A stretch of 64,000 nucleotides of DNA from Eledone cirrhosa (lineage: Eukaryota): the NCBI GenBank assembly GCA_964016885.1, contig OZ024760.1, positions 20,336,001-20,400,000 on the forward strand. Direction: 5' to 3'. The notes below the pieces were generated by a model, which was not told the origin of the DNA, ran no database searches, and saw nothing but the letters and a program-made list of their open reading frames with translations. The stretch's first letter is position 1; each line of letters begins with the position of its first letter. Positions 1 to 13,586 of the stretch are shown in pieces. A program made the translations under genes and the position numbers.

Positions 1-1179
1 AAATCTCGTTTTACATGAAACCACTTCGTTTCAATTTAATTTTCATTTTCTTTATTTTTTTTGTCGCTTCCTCTTATTTTCGTATTTATTTTTAATTTAT
101 TTCCTCATTAAACATGTTTAAAAAAATATAAATAATAATAATTGTTTCTACTTTTGGCACAAGGCCAGCAATTATACCAGTCATTACTGGTGTTTTGTTT
201 TATCGACCGCAGAAGGATGAAAGGCTAATTTAACCTGGCGGGATTTGAACTCAGAACGTAAAGGGCCATAACTCCTAAAGTCACTTGAAAAAATTGTCTT
301 CTTGCCTATATATATATGTGTGTGATAACGCTGTGATAAACAGGCGAAACTCCAAAAGTAACAAGACTCACTATTTAGCTTTAATATAGTGAATATTTAA
401 AACTCTACTTCGGTATCGAGTACTCTTTTCTCTCAGCCGTCAACCACATACGGATCTCTCTCTCTCTCCATATATATATATATATATGGAGATATATATA
501 GAGATAGATAAACCCCCATGAGATAGGGCGAGCAGCACTACCAAAGAAAAAAAAAATAGAAAATTGAAGTTAATATTTGGTTAAGTTTGCCGTTTAGAAA
601 GACAAACTGGCCATGGATTGTCCATTACTGCCGTAAAAATGGGTGAAAAGCTGAAGTGGAATTAATTATCTTAGGGAACAGGCCATAGATGTACGACGAA
701 ACCTTTCAATACTTTATAATATACAGTACTAAAGAGTTATAAAATAGTCGTATGTGTGTTTTAAACGGCTAATGTGACTCTTCCACATCATGACATCATA
801 GCCACAATAAGTTATTTTTTCTCTTACTCTTTACACATATATTTATTTGTTGTATTAGTAAAGTTATGGCATTGTTCTTTAACCCCTGGCGGAGTCTTGG
901 GACAGCGTAGTGATATGGTGTATCTTCAGCGTTTCTAAACCTCGTGGAGCCCATCCCTTTCAGTCTGAAAACAGCCAACTTCTATTATAGACAGAATCAA
1001 ACCAATTACTGAACTGGTGATATATTTATTGCGCTCAAAAAGATGAAAGGCAATGTTGACAATGGCAGGATTTGAACTCCAATCACAGAGAGCCGGAATA
1101 AATACCACATAGCTTTCTCACTGACGCTATAATAACTCTGCCAATTCACAGCTCATGTTAGTGAACTATGAGGTTTAAT

Positions 1180-1755
1180 TTCACAGCAAGGAGGCTGAAT
1201 TAAGTGCAAGAATTGCAGGAGCTGATGTAGTAATGTACCAGTTTCAGTGCTCAATAATCAAAAGGCAAATAGGTGTAAAAGCCAAGTTTGTTATCTTCAA
1301 TTCGCTATTCGTGATAATCTTTACCTATGGTCATGAATCTTAGATAATGACTGAAAGAATATGATTGTGAATATGAGCAGCCCAAATGGGATTCCCCAAA
1401 AGGTCTTGGAATAATATTACTCAATAGAGTGTATAACTCAGAGATGAGAAATTCATTCCAATTAGAGCCACTACTTCTCTGAATTGAGAGTTCACAGCTC
1501 TGATACTATGGGCATGTGGTTAGAATGTCTCAGGAAAAAATCGCTGGACAGATTTTATGGGCAAAACCAACTGGCAGGAGACCCAGGCGTAGACCCACCC
1601 CAAGCAAGATGGTTGGATAACATCCATGAGCTTGGCTGGTCACACTTGGGGATCCAGCTGGATCATTTGGAGACGGTTACTTCTGACAGGATCCACTGAA
1701 AGGAGTGTTTGAGGAGTCTATCTCCACGAATCCCCAGAACAAGTGAGCGAAGAAG
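1180..1755 (+). mobile_element. Degenerate RTE-like LINE 3' fragment
   Basis: Translates KAKFVIFNSLFVIIFTYGHES*IMTER...GRRPR..PQARWLDNI with stops. A related piece lies at about 16235-16375. Confidence 0.7.
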
Positions 1756-2227
1756 TTTGTGAGGGGTAACCTACTGCCACTTACTTTTACATATCAAATA
1801 GCTATCGCATAGTACAGCCAATAATGGTTTCTGATTAAGGCACAAGGCCATCAATTTTTTTTGTGGGAAAAGTTGATTAATTCAATCGCAGTGCGTTACT
1901 GCTGCTTTATTTTATCAATCCCACAAGGATGACGAAAGGCAAAGCTAGCCTCGGTAGAATTTTAACTCAGAACGTAAAGGAATGTAACTCTATGCTACAA
2001 AGCATGTTGTTTGATGTTCTACCAATTACTGCCACTCCACCACTCCAGTACAATCAATAATACTACAGCAAAGATGCTAAACTCTCTTGGTAATTTTTAT
2101 TGTTAATCTCAGTAGACCTTCGAACATTTAATGTATTTTTCATTCCTGCATAAATTTGACAAGGCTGAAGATTATTCTTGTTTTGTGGATGTTAAGCAGC
2201 TGAAAAAACTCAAAGTACTTTCCACAC

Positions 2228-2685
2228 CAATCAGCATCAGGAAATAACTGTTCTGCTAATGATTACCGTGGCATTAAACTCTAGTCTCAAGAAAGGAATT
2301 TAAGCAAGTGAGAAACCTCAAATTACCATCAAGCAATAACTGTTCTTACCTAATGATCACTGTGGCATGAAACTCTAGTGGTGAGACCACAGCAATCACC
2401 ATCAGGCAATAACTGTTCTCACCTAATGATCACTGTGGCATGAAACTCTAGTAGTGAGATCACAGCAATCACCATCAGGCAATAACTGTTCTCACCTAAT
2501 GATCACTGTCGCATGAAACTCTAGTGGTGAGACCACAGCAATCACCATCAGGCAATAACTGTTCTCACCTAATGATCACTGTCGCATGAAACTCTAGTGG
2601 TGAGACCACAGCAATCACCATCAGGCAATAACTGTTCTCACCTAGTGATCACTGTGGCATGAAACTCTAGTTGTCAGAAAGGAAT
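2228..2685. repeat. 73-bp minisatellite, about 6 copies
   Basis: aatcaccatcagg...gaccacagc recurs at 2394, 2467, 2540 and 2613. Confidence 0.95.
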
Positions 2686-3606
2686 TGATTTGAAAATAAA
2701 CTGTATATATATATATGGTCACTGCAGTGATTGGCCCACTAAAAACCTGCATACAGAGACAAGATTACTCTATTACATGTTCCAGCCGACAGGCTGAGGC
2801 CATGCTGGGGCACCGTCATTGTTCACAAATTACAATATATAATATTTTAGAAATAACAATAAATATAGAAGTGTTTGTAATTGGTTTCATCATCCTGGTT
2901 GGACCTTCATCCAAATTAGTGTTATTATATATGATGTGGTTTCTCAGCCAAAGGTCACAAACTGTTGAAGTATCAGCCACTCTCTGATAGGTTTGTTGTT
3001 GAAACCTGTAATGGTAGAGAGTTCTAGCAATTTTGGTCCCAGACCACCTCCTTACTCATCACTATTGGAACGGAGTTAGCCACATGGATGAGTGAGATAT
3101 TTGAGTTGGAACAGCTATTTCAATATGTTTTCCTCGCCATTCTCCGAGGTAACCTTTTTCTCCATCCTGCCCACTGGGATCTCAAGGCAGCTTATGCCAA
3201 GGTTTCTGCATTCCTGAGAGCATTTCTCCCAACACCGTCTGAGCTTGTGTCATTGCCGTAGTGATGTTTGAGTACTCCTTTTTCATATTTTTATCAAAGA
3301 ACCTCTCTCTATCTCTCTTAAACACAGACACACACACACATAGATACACATACACACCCATACATACATAGACACACACATACACAGACACATATACACT
3401 TACACATACAGAGACAAATACACACACACCTAGACACATACACATACACATACACACAAACACAGACACACAGACATACACAGGCAAACATTATATATTC
3501 CATCAACTCTACCCTATGTCAATGTATGAAATCAATAGCCATCAGCAATTACAGTAAGAAGCTGTTGATTGTAAGAAAGAAACATCAGTGTATGAAGAAC
3601 TTGTTA

Positions 3607-4890
3607 TTTAGCCCCTGGTTAACCCTGATCCAGCTGGACTATAACCAGTTTAGCCTCTGGTTAACCCTGATCCAGCTGGACTATAACCAGTTTAGCCCCT
3701 GGTTAACCCTGATCCAGCTGGACTATAACCAGTTTAGCCCCTGGTTAACCCTGATCCAGCTGGACTATAACCAGTTTAGCCCCTGGTTAACCCTGATCCA
3801 GCTGGACTATAACTAATTTAGCCCCTGGTTAGCCCTGTTCCAGCTGGACTATAACTAATTTAGTCCCTGGTTAACCCTGATCCAGCTGGACTATAATTAA
3901 TTTAGCCCCTGGTTAACCCAGTTTCAGCTAGAATATAACTAATTTAGCCCCTGGTTAACCCTGATCCAGCTGGACTATAACCAGTTTAGCCCCTGGTTAA
4001 CCCTGATCCAGCTGGACTCTAATTAATTTAGCCCCTGATTAACCCAGTTTCAGCTAGAATATAACTAATTTAGCCCCTGGTTAACCCTGATCCAGCTGGA
4101 CTATAACCAGTTTAGCCCCTGGTTAGCCCTGATCCAGCTGGACTATAACTAATATAGCCCCTGGTTAACCCTGATCCAGCTGGGCTATAACTAATTTAAC
4201 CCCTGTTTAACCCTGATCCAGCTGGATTATAACTAATTTAGCCCCTGGTTAGCCCTGTTCCAGCTGGACTATAAACAGTTTAGCCCCTGGTTAGCCCTGT
4301 TCCAGCTGGACTATAAACAGTTTAGCCCCTGGTTAGCCCTGATCCAGCTGGACTATAACCAGTTTAGCCCTTGATTAACCCTGATCCAGCTGGATTATAA
4401 CCAATTTAGCCCCTGATTAACCCAGTTTCAGCTAGAATATAACTAATTTAGCCCCTGGTTAACCCTGATCCAGCTGGACTATAACCAGTTTAGCCCCTGG
4501 TTAGCCCTATTCCAGCTGGACTATAACCAATTAGCCCTGATCCTGCTGGACTATAACCAGCTTAGCCCCTGGTTAGCCTTGATCCAGCCAAACTATAACC
4601 AGTTTAGCCCTTGGTTAGCCCTGATCCAGCTGGACTATAACCAATTTAGCCCCTGGTTAGCCCTGATCCAGCTGGACTATAACCAGTTTAGCCCTTGGTT
4701 AACACTAATCCAGCCGGACTATAAACAGTTTAGCCCCTGGTTAACCCTGATCCAGCTGGACTATAACCAGTTTAGCCCTTGGTTAACACTAATCCAGCCG
4801 GACTATAAACAGTTTAGCCCCTGGTTAACCCTGATCCAGCTGGACTATAACCAGTTTAGCCCCTGGTTAGCCTTGTTCCAGTTAGATTAT
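3607..4890. repeat. 42-bp minisatellite, about 30 copies
   Basis: Unit agtttagcccctggttaaccctgatccagctggactataacc. Confidence 0.97.
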
Positions 4891-6479
4891 ATTCAAGAGT
4901 GTTCTAATCAGGGCTGTCCTATTTCAATGTTTCAAAGACTAAGTAAATTGTTTTGTGTGTCCTGACTAGACTAGCTAGGGTGGCAATGGAGGTTAAAGGA
5001 AGCAGTCCTCCATGAATGACACTTATATGTATAAGCCTATATAGGCAGCGGGGTGAGGCGACTGATGCCTGCCCTTTGGTACACACTCTAGCTACACCAC
5101 AGTGCATCTTTCCTGTTTTAAAACAGAAGGGTTTAATTTTTTTAAAGAAATTTTGTTGTGGGGCAAGAGGATGGTGGTGAACCACAAGTGACACTTTTGC
5201 AGCCACATGGAGGGAGAGAACTGCACTTTGGGGTCTGTTATATAATCTTGTAAAGCTGGGTGGGGATAGGTGGGGTGGGCAAACTCTAGGGCTTTTCCCA
5301 GGCAGCCCACCCTCTAGTTACAACACTGTGTGTCCCTGCCCTGTTTTAAAATGGTAACAGGGGGTGTCTTATTTAAGGAGATTTCACTGCTATGTTTAGT
5401 GACCATTTAATGTGTTACAGTTTTGGTATTGTTGTTGTTGTTGCTGTCGTTGTTGTTGTAGTTTAGGTGTGTTGTACTGTCTCATGTGTTTCTATATAAA
5501 TGTTGTTGCTGTTGTTGTTGTTGCTGTCGTTGTTGTTGTAGTAGTTGTTGTTGTTGTTGTAACTGTTGGTGTTGTTGTTTAAATCCTGTGACAGCCTAGA
5601 TTGATTAACTGTATAGTCACAGCTGTGACCCTCCTAACTTTAGTAGTTTTCAGGCTATACAGTGACTACTGTATTTGGCAGTATCAGTAGAGGGTCGGAC
5701 GCCATGCTTTGACACATAGAGTTACGGCCTTTACCATTCTGAGTTCAAATCCCACCGAGGTTAACTTTACCTTTCATCCTTACGGGGTCGATAAAATAAA
5801 GTACCAGTAATGCACTGGGTAATTGCTGGCCAGGTTCTCCCCCAACACTTCGTTAGAGTGTAACCTACCTGAGAGGAATGTTACACAGAAGAAAAGGTCC
5901 TGGCGTTCTAAAAAACCTGCTTAATTAATTTATTTATTTATGTTTCAATTATAAAAAAAAAAAACCATTATTAAAGAACAATTGGCAGTATCGGAAGAGG
6001 GTCGGACGCTATGCTTTGACGCATAGAGTTACGGCCCTTGCCATTCTGAGTTCAAATCCCGCTGAGGTTAACTTTACCTTTCAATCCTTATGGGGTCGAT
6101 AAAATAAAGTACCAGTAATGCACTGGGTTATTGCTGGCCTTGTGCCAAAAGTAGAAACAATTATTATTATATGTACATCTATCTGTATCATATCGTCCAG
6201 AACACAACCTTTTCTTTTTCAATGCTATTCGATAATTCTGTCTGATCGTTCAAAATAATCTTGTATTTTATTTAAAATCGCATAATTCTTCCCTTGTTAC
6301 AGTTATATGCTCGTTCAATTATGGCCAAAATTTCGTGGATTTTATTTTATAACCTTCTCGCTAACTACCCCAGATCCCCCCACCCCCACCCACCACCATT
6401 ATTATTTGGACCAATCATAAGTCAGCGGCCTATGTTATCACTTCTTAAGTTTAAACCTGGTTGCCTTTCGATATGATGG

Positions 6480-8114
6480 ATGGACTACGTAATTCTGGAG
6501 AGACTGAAAAAATCTGGACTCTCAGTGACAATGCCAAAGATAAAGACAAATTCACCTCGTGCTGCCGGACGAGAATGCAAGGACTCCTCCTCTTTATTTA
6601 GGCCGCGGACGGCTAACATAGCCCCATTCCCCTCACCCCTCCCTGCACCCTGTCCTTCCCACCCACCAAACGCAATCCCAAACTTCAGAGTTGGTACCAT
6701 GAATGTAGGTACCTTAAAAGGTCGCTCTAACGAGGTTGTAGAGATGCTTGAACGTAAGAAGGTTGATGTTTGCTGTATTCAAGAGACCGGGTGGAAGGGT
6801 GGGTCTGCTAGATTCATTGTGGGTAAAAAACGATGCTATAAGCTTTTCTGGGTGGGAAATGACAATGGGCTGGGTGGAGTAGGAATCATGCTAGCAGAAA
6901 AATGGGTAGATAAGATAATAGATGTAAATAGAGTGAACGACAGAATAATTAAAATAAGACTTGTCCTCAATAGAACTACTGTGACAATAATATCTGCATA
7001 TGCACCCCAATCCGGACTGCCTGGCATTATAAAAGACAGATTCTATGAGTCATTAATGCTCATTACCTCCCAAATAACCGACAGTGACTATATAATTATT
7101 GCTGGTGACCTAAATGGCCACGTTGGACAACACTGTGATGGCTATGATGGAATCCACGGAGGCTATGGGTTTGGTACTAGAAATGAGGAAGGCTCCAGAA
7201 TTCTGGAATTCTGTGACGTTAATAACCTAACTATCTGTAACACTAACTTCAAAAAACGAGACAATCACTTGATCACCTATAGATCAGGGGAACACGCCAG
7301 TCAGATAGATTATATCCTTACCAGAAGACGAGACAGAGTGTCTGTTGTAAACACTAAATCCCTCCCCCATGAAGAATACATCTCCCAACATGGCCTCATA
7401 GTTAGCGACCTCATAGTCAGGACGAGACGTATTCGACAACAGAGGAGGACTATCCTTAGGAGAAAAATATGGAAGTTAAAGGACCCCACAGCCAATAATA
7501 AATTTAAAAGCATATTACTTGATGCTTTTGACAGTAAGGAAGAGCAATTAGAGTCATACAATATAGAGGAACAGTGGGAATTCCTGAAAGCTAATCTGCT
7601 GAAGGCGGCAGATGATGTCTGTGGCTGGAGCAGGCCTATAAGCAGGAGGAGAGTAACTTGGTGGTGGAACAGTAAGGTGGAGGAGCCAATCAAGGCCAAA
7701 AAGCAGGCCTGGAAAGTATGGCGGATGGGGGAAGTAGAGAAGACTATCAAGTGGCCAGGAGGGAAGCTAGGAGACAAGTGTACTTCGCAAGAAGGGAAGC
7801 AGAGGAAAGAAAGTTCAAGCATGTTCTACAACGCGAGGACCAAAAATGTGAGGTGCTCAGGATTGCTAGACAATGTGTCAAGGAGAACCGTGATATTGTC
7901 GGGGAGAAGTGTGTCTGTAATGATGATGGTGTACTTGCCATCACTGACGCTGATAAGAAGGTAGCTTGGAAGTGTCACTACGAAAGGCTACTAAATGAGG
8001 AGAATAAAGGGGAGAAAGACAGCCTCCCCCACATCGATCCAATAGAGGGACCAGCAGTGCAAGTTGAAGGTAGTGTAATAAGTAAGGCAATCAAAGATAA
8101 GAAGACGGGCAAGG
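6480..8114 (+). mobile_element. RTE-clade LINE, APE endonuclease region; frameshifted and 3'-truncated
   Basis: Motifs VGTMNVGTL, CIQET, AYAPQ, GDLNGHVG, TYRSG...SQIDYIL, WWWN. Frame change near 7720 continues to ...KKTGKA, then breaks off into a palindromic element. No RT core present. Confidence 0.92.
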
Positions 8115-8433
8115 CGTTTCGACGGCTAATTCTGGACTCAGAATTAGCCATCAAAACGGCTTGAGCTCAGTTGTCGGGGTCCTACTCGTTCCTATATATA
8201 TATATATATATATATAATCGATAGTTTGTGATCGATAATCAATTACAAAGATCGATTTTAAGTTATGGGTTACACAACACAAAATAACGCTATAGGGAAC
8301 TTTTTTGATTCCATCTAAAGTACATATTTTTCTTTGAAATATGTGCTCTGTAGATATACAATATATTGTGTTTTCTCATGGATATATGGTCCTTTCTCTC
8401 TCTCTCTCTATATATATATATCTTTTATACTTG

Positions 8434-8466
<33 letters not shown>

Positions 8467-8469
<3 letters not shown>

Positions 8470-9306
8470 AACATAAAAGAAAGATGCTTATTGGTTGGTT
8501 GGTTGGTTGGCTGGTTGGTTGGCTGGTTGGTTGGTTGGCTGGTTGGTTGGTTGGTTGGTTGGTTGGCTGGTTGGTTGGTTGGTTGGTTGGCTGGCTGGTT
8601 GGTTGGTTGGTTGGTTGGCTGGTTGGTTGGTTGGTTGGCTGGTTGGTTGGTTGGTTGGTTGGTTGGTTGGTTGGTTGGTTGGTTGGCTGGTTGGTTGGTT
8701 GGCTGGTTGGTTGGTTGGTTGGTTGGTTGGCTGGTTGGTTGGTTGGTTGGCTGGTAGGTTGGTTAGTTGGCTGGTTGGTTGGTTGGTTGGCTGGCTGGTT
8801 GGTTGGTTGGTTGGTTGGTTGGTTGGTTGGCTGGCTGGTTGAATCACACAAAAACTACTCACACATACACACACATCTAAAGAGAGAGAGACACAGAGGG
8901 AAAGACAGAAAGAGAGAGATAGGTCATTATACAGAGAGAGATACATTTAAAGTGTTAGATATTCAGAGAGAGACAAGTCCCACGAAAGTATCAGTTGAAG
9001 GTTTATGAAGTCGGTTTACAATCTTTGATTTTACAGAACAAAGAAAAATTGATACTATTTGAAATTAATCTACCCTCCAGCTTTTATCCATAATCTACTT
9101 ACACACCGTACTAACGAAGCAACACTTCAGAAGCAATGCTATGCGGTATATTGCTGCATTTCAGATGATGTCCTTTGGAGCTGAAAAAGATCATACTGAC
9201 TATGGTTATTTCACAACATTTAAAATCAAAGGCCAATGCTACCATTTAATTGGCAGTTTACTACCCCAGACTAATAAGAAAGTTTTGTGATTGTTTTTTT
9301 TTTATG

Positions 9307-9344
<38 letters not shown>

Positions 9345-9448
9345 TACGGTCTCACTTCATACCAGACAACACATGCAATACAGTCGTTTTCTCTTTTATC
9401 CATCTTCTCTTAACTGTTCTCCCGGGTGAAGCCGGGTACCCCAGCTAG
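8467..9448 (+). mobile_element. Non-autonomous Helitron with an internal (TTGG)n tract and a RepHel fragment
   Basis: 5' A|TC start. 3' hairpin CCCGGgtgaagCCGGG followed by CTAG|T. 9120-9290 translates HFRSNAMRYIAAFQMMSFGA...TFKIKGQCYHLIGSLLP, a Helitron RepHel N-terminal motif. Confidence 0.85.
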
Positions 9449-9551
9449 TATATATATAATTCAAGGATAAACGATATATATATACAGTGGAGAGATGCTG
9501 TGCTGAATAAGACCCGTCCCAGCCTTGCAAGCAGGGAAGGGCGGACGTAAA

Positions 9552-9583
<32 letters not shown>

Positions 9584-9727
9584 AGGGGCCGGCTGTCGAA
9601 GAAGAAACAACACCACGTGTTTGGTCAGCTCCCTATATCAAGAAAAGAAAATCTTTTTTGGTGAAATTATTGGATTCTTCCAAATTTAAAGGTCTTTTGG
9701 AAACTTTCAATGTTTTTACAGGTTTTG

Positions 9728-9786
9728 CTGTCTGAAGAGCTCAAGCTGTCATAACTGAATAGTCCCCAGCGAAATATGTATAACGG
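9728..9786 (+). ncRNA. Type I hammerhead ribozyme (candidate)
   Basis: CTGT CTGAAGA GCT...AGC GAAA TATGTA TA ACGG. Confidence 0.62.
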
Positions 9787-10175
9787 AGTTTTAAATAAAG
9801 CTGTTCGTCTTCGTTGATTTATTATTTTAAATCGATATGGACAAACTGTAGTATAATAATTAGTATACTTCAATCTGGCTAAATTTTTCTTTTGCAATAT
9901 ATATACAGATGTGTTGGTATCTGTGTTTCATCACATACATATTAATTTATACACTGCTCAGGGGGTATTTTCCTCCTTCGAGCTGATTCCATTGTAAAAG
10001 AATTCATTACCTTATTAATTTTAACTGCTCCTAGTTTGAGCTGCAAGCCGCCTCATATATACGACTGTTATTTCTAGCAGTACGGTTATGAGACTAGTTA
10101 GATACTGTAAAACCATGTGCGTCACGCAGTCTTTTAAATTATTTAGAAGTGAAGCATATCAATTTGTCCCTGGAT

Positions 10176-10237
10176 GTTTACTGAGGAGAGCAGGACATGA
10201 TATTCCTACACTTATTTAACTCGAAACACGTTTGGAT
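10176..10237 (+). ncRNA. Type I hammerhead ribozyme (candidate, weak stem I)
   Basis: GTTTA CTGAGGA GAG...CTC GAAA CACG TT TGGAT. Confidence 0.5.
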
Positions 10238-10458
10238 CTTAAAGTTTAAACTTATCTACGGAACAGGTTTGATTTTGAAATTTAAATGTGTCTAAACATC
10301 GCAGCCTCTTGGCAATACAGTTCGTCTTCGTTGATTTATTATTTTAAATCGATATGGACAAACTGTAGTATAATAATTAGTATACTTCAATCTGGCTAAA
10401 TTTTTCTTTTGCAATATATATACAGATGTGTTGGTATCTGTGTTTCATCACATACATA

Positions 10459-10564
<106 letters not shown>

Positions 10565-11419
10565 TGCCAGTCAACTACCTTTCATGGTCAGCTGTATTCT
10601 GTATACTTTTTCTTTTCTTTCTTAACTAAGTGGTCACAGTGTGGTTAAACAGTTCATTGGGTCTCAGGTTCAACCCCACAACATGGCTTCTAGGGTAAGT
10701 CTAATTTACCATAGCCTCAGGTTAACCCTTTAATGTTCAAACCCGCCAGAATTCTCTACCTCTTTCTGTTGTAACTGGCTGTTGTAACTGGTCGCTCAAA
10801 CTGATGTTAAGGTATTGTTCTCAAAATAAATACTTTCAAAATCTCATAGATTCGATATTATGTGAGGTAAAGCCTTTACCATCAAAATATAATAGTATAT
10901 ATAAAATAATGTGATTGCTAAAGGATTAATCCATGCCTTATGAATAAAATTGGGTAAACAGAGCTGGTTGGAACCCCATATGATGGACTGTACTTGTGAT
11001 TCAAAGGGTCAGCAAGCCTTGCCATGCTGAATCTCCAGGAGAACTACATTAAGGGTACACTTGTCTGTGGAATGCTCAGCCACCTACAATATAGTACAAT
11101 ATGGGATGTACCTGTAAATTCAAAAGGTCAGTCTTGTCATACACTGAATCTCCCTGAGGACTAAGTTAAGGGTACATGTGTCTGTGGAATACTCAGCCAC
11201 TTGGACTGTATCTGTACATTCAAAGAGCCAGTGTCGTGCTGCATCTCCCTGAGAATTACATAAAAGGTTACAAGTCTTAGTGGAATCACAAACGGGATGT
11301 TTCGTTGATCGAACAACTACAACATTCATCGCGGAAACCGACGAAGATCCATTCCATTCCAGCCCTAAAGAAGTCTCTCTTTCTCTCTCACACACACATA
11401 ATTAATAAATATGATTAAT

Positions 11420-11602
11420 TAAAGACAGCGCCACCAGACCATCCTAGCGACAATTAATGTTACTAAGGACGGATAACTCTCCCATTACTGTTGGCTTTTT
11501 TTTTTTCCTTTCTTTCTTTTTTTTCTCAATCTCTCATTAAGTTCGTGTTCCACATTAGACGAGTACCGACCGATGAGATATGGATATAGAGGTGAGGTAA
11601 GT
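11420..11602 (+). promoter_or_regulatory. Candidate promoter and non-coding first exon of BACE
   Basis: Repeat-poor, CpG-containing patch with a consensus donor GAG|gtaagt at 11596/11597. A candidate acceptor ttttccag| lies at 29412/29413, upstream of the ATG. A CAGCGCCACCAG (CTCF-like) word is at 11426-11437. Inference only. Confidence 0.35.
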
Positions 11603-13270
11603 AAAGAAACTGTTTAAAGTTTAACCTTCCTTCCTTTCTATTTTATTAACCAGGTTTGTAATAAATGTTTTTTAACAGATTTTCCGAGTGTTAGGGGCTT
11701 TATTAATATTTCTTTCGCTATACTTACACTTGTTGCTGTTTTCCTTTAGAAATATTTAATTAACATTTTTCTTTACAATATAAGTCTTGGTCTTCACCAA
11801 ACTATTTCCGATTCTTCATTTATATAAAACGGTGTGTGGTTGTTAATCGTGGTGTGACAAATATCGAACTAAATCACTTTAAAGATAAAGATTTTATCAA
11901 TCACTTTATATATTAATTTAACACAATGTGTATGATTTCGGTTCTATCGGCTTTGGGTTCGTTTCTCGCCAGGAATTTTTAAAACCCTGCTTCCGCCTTT
12001 CATGCCTTCCAGATCGATCAACTAGGAACCAATATTGACCAATACTATCTCAAAGAAGGTTCAATGGTTAAACAAACCTTCGTTCCTACACAGATCATGT
12101 TGTGTACCTCACTAAATAATATCGTTATCAAGACATTGATGTCCCTCACTTTCTCTTCTTCTTCTTTAACTTCGACTGTTTCATTATTTCTACAATAACA
12201 TCTAACACACTTCCATTAGCGGGCACTTGTCATTTCTATATTGTGTATGTATGTGTATATTTGTGCTTGTTTGTGTATATGTATGCATGTTCGTGTATGA
12301 TTGTCAATATGACCATTTGTATATGTATGTTTGTGTGTATGTATGTATATATGTATGTATAATGTAATATATATATATATATATATATAATGTAATATAT
12401 ATATATATGTTAAATGATGATGATATATATATATATATATATAATGTCCAGAATTAGCCGTCGAAACGGCTTGAGCTCAGCCGTCGGGGTCCTACTCGTT
12501 CCTATTACCCACTCTACTACCCTAAGTATTGAGTACTTTGGTGCGTTATGGTCCACCTGGTTCCTTACCACATTTCCTTCGTTATATAATGTAATATATA
12601 TGTAATGTAATGTAATATATATATATATATATAATGTAATGTAATATATATATATAAATAATTGTTTCTACACTTGGCACAAGACCAGCAATTATTTCAG
12701 TACATTACTGGTACTTTCTTTTATCGACCCCGTAAGGATGAAAGGCAAAGTTAACCTCGGCGGGATTTGAACTCAGACTATATATATATATATATATATA
12801 ATGTATGTATATATATGTTTGTGCCTATGGCCGTTTGTATGTGCTTGTTTGTGATGTATGTATGTATTTGTAAGTGCCTACGTCCGTTTGTTTGTTGTGT
12901 GTGGATATGTATGTATGTGTCTATGTCTGTCTGTTTCTTTATATATGTGTGTGTGTACCTATGTCCGTTTATTTGTTTGTATACGTGTGTATGTTTTTTG
13001 GCATGTTTATGTGTATGTATGTGTTTGTAAGTGCCTATGTCTGTCGGTCTGTGTGTGCGTGTGTGTATCTACACACGCCTAAATCACTAAATCAAGTCTT
13101 GTTTTGTTTTTTTTCCGGCTTGATATAATTTATTCTCTTATTATATAACCCGGACACAACCTCTTTCCACCCTTGGTCTTCATTATACACTTTCAAATGT
13201 TTATACACACATGCACACACACACACTGTCGTTATATACGGTCGTTATTATCCACTTTGAAGCGTGTATG

Positions 13271-13303
<33 letters not shown>

Positions 13304-13513
13304 TTCCGTGGAAAAGGTAAAGGAAAGAAGAGTGCTCTATGTATAGTACAGAGCTATTTAATTATGTAATAAACAACATAATATAATTATCCAAGGTTTC
13401 ACGAAGGAATCTTTATTAAAGATTCGAAGGAATCTTTATTAAAGATTCGAAGGAATCTTTATTAAAGATTCGAAGGAATCTTTATTAAAGATTCGAAGGA
13501 ATCTTTATTAAAG

Positions 13514-13586
13514 ATTCCTTCTGATGAACGACTTCGGACGCCTCTGTTGGGGTCGCCTGTCTTCGTGAAACCTTGGGTAATGGAAT
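13514..13586 (+). ncRNA. Type I hammerhead ribozyme (candidate, intact core)
   Basis: Stem I ATTCCTT/ATGGAAT (one mismatch), CTGATGA, stem II ACG/CGT, GAAA, stem III CC-TTG-GG, cleavage triplet GUA. Confidence 0.75.

Noticed and set aside
2990-3310. Coding-looking minus-strand segment
   Set aside because: Stops in all frames; at best a highly decayed LINE end that I cannot assign.
3607-4890. CRISPR-like array of palindrome-containing repeats
   Set aside because: Head-to-tail 42-bp units with no unique spacers, eukaryotic context, and no cas genes. The same applies to the 23-, 46- and 73-bp arrays.
8341-9008. LVGW and TNQP repeat ORFs
   Set aside because: (TTGG)n microsatellite inside a Helitron.
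11120-11395. 91-aa minus-strand ORF as a divergent gene
   Set aside because: Overlaps locally duplicated repeat segments (aagggtacac..tgtggaat..tcagccac); no recognisable domain or splice support.
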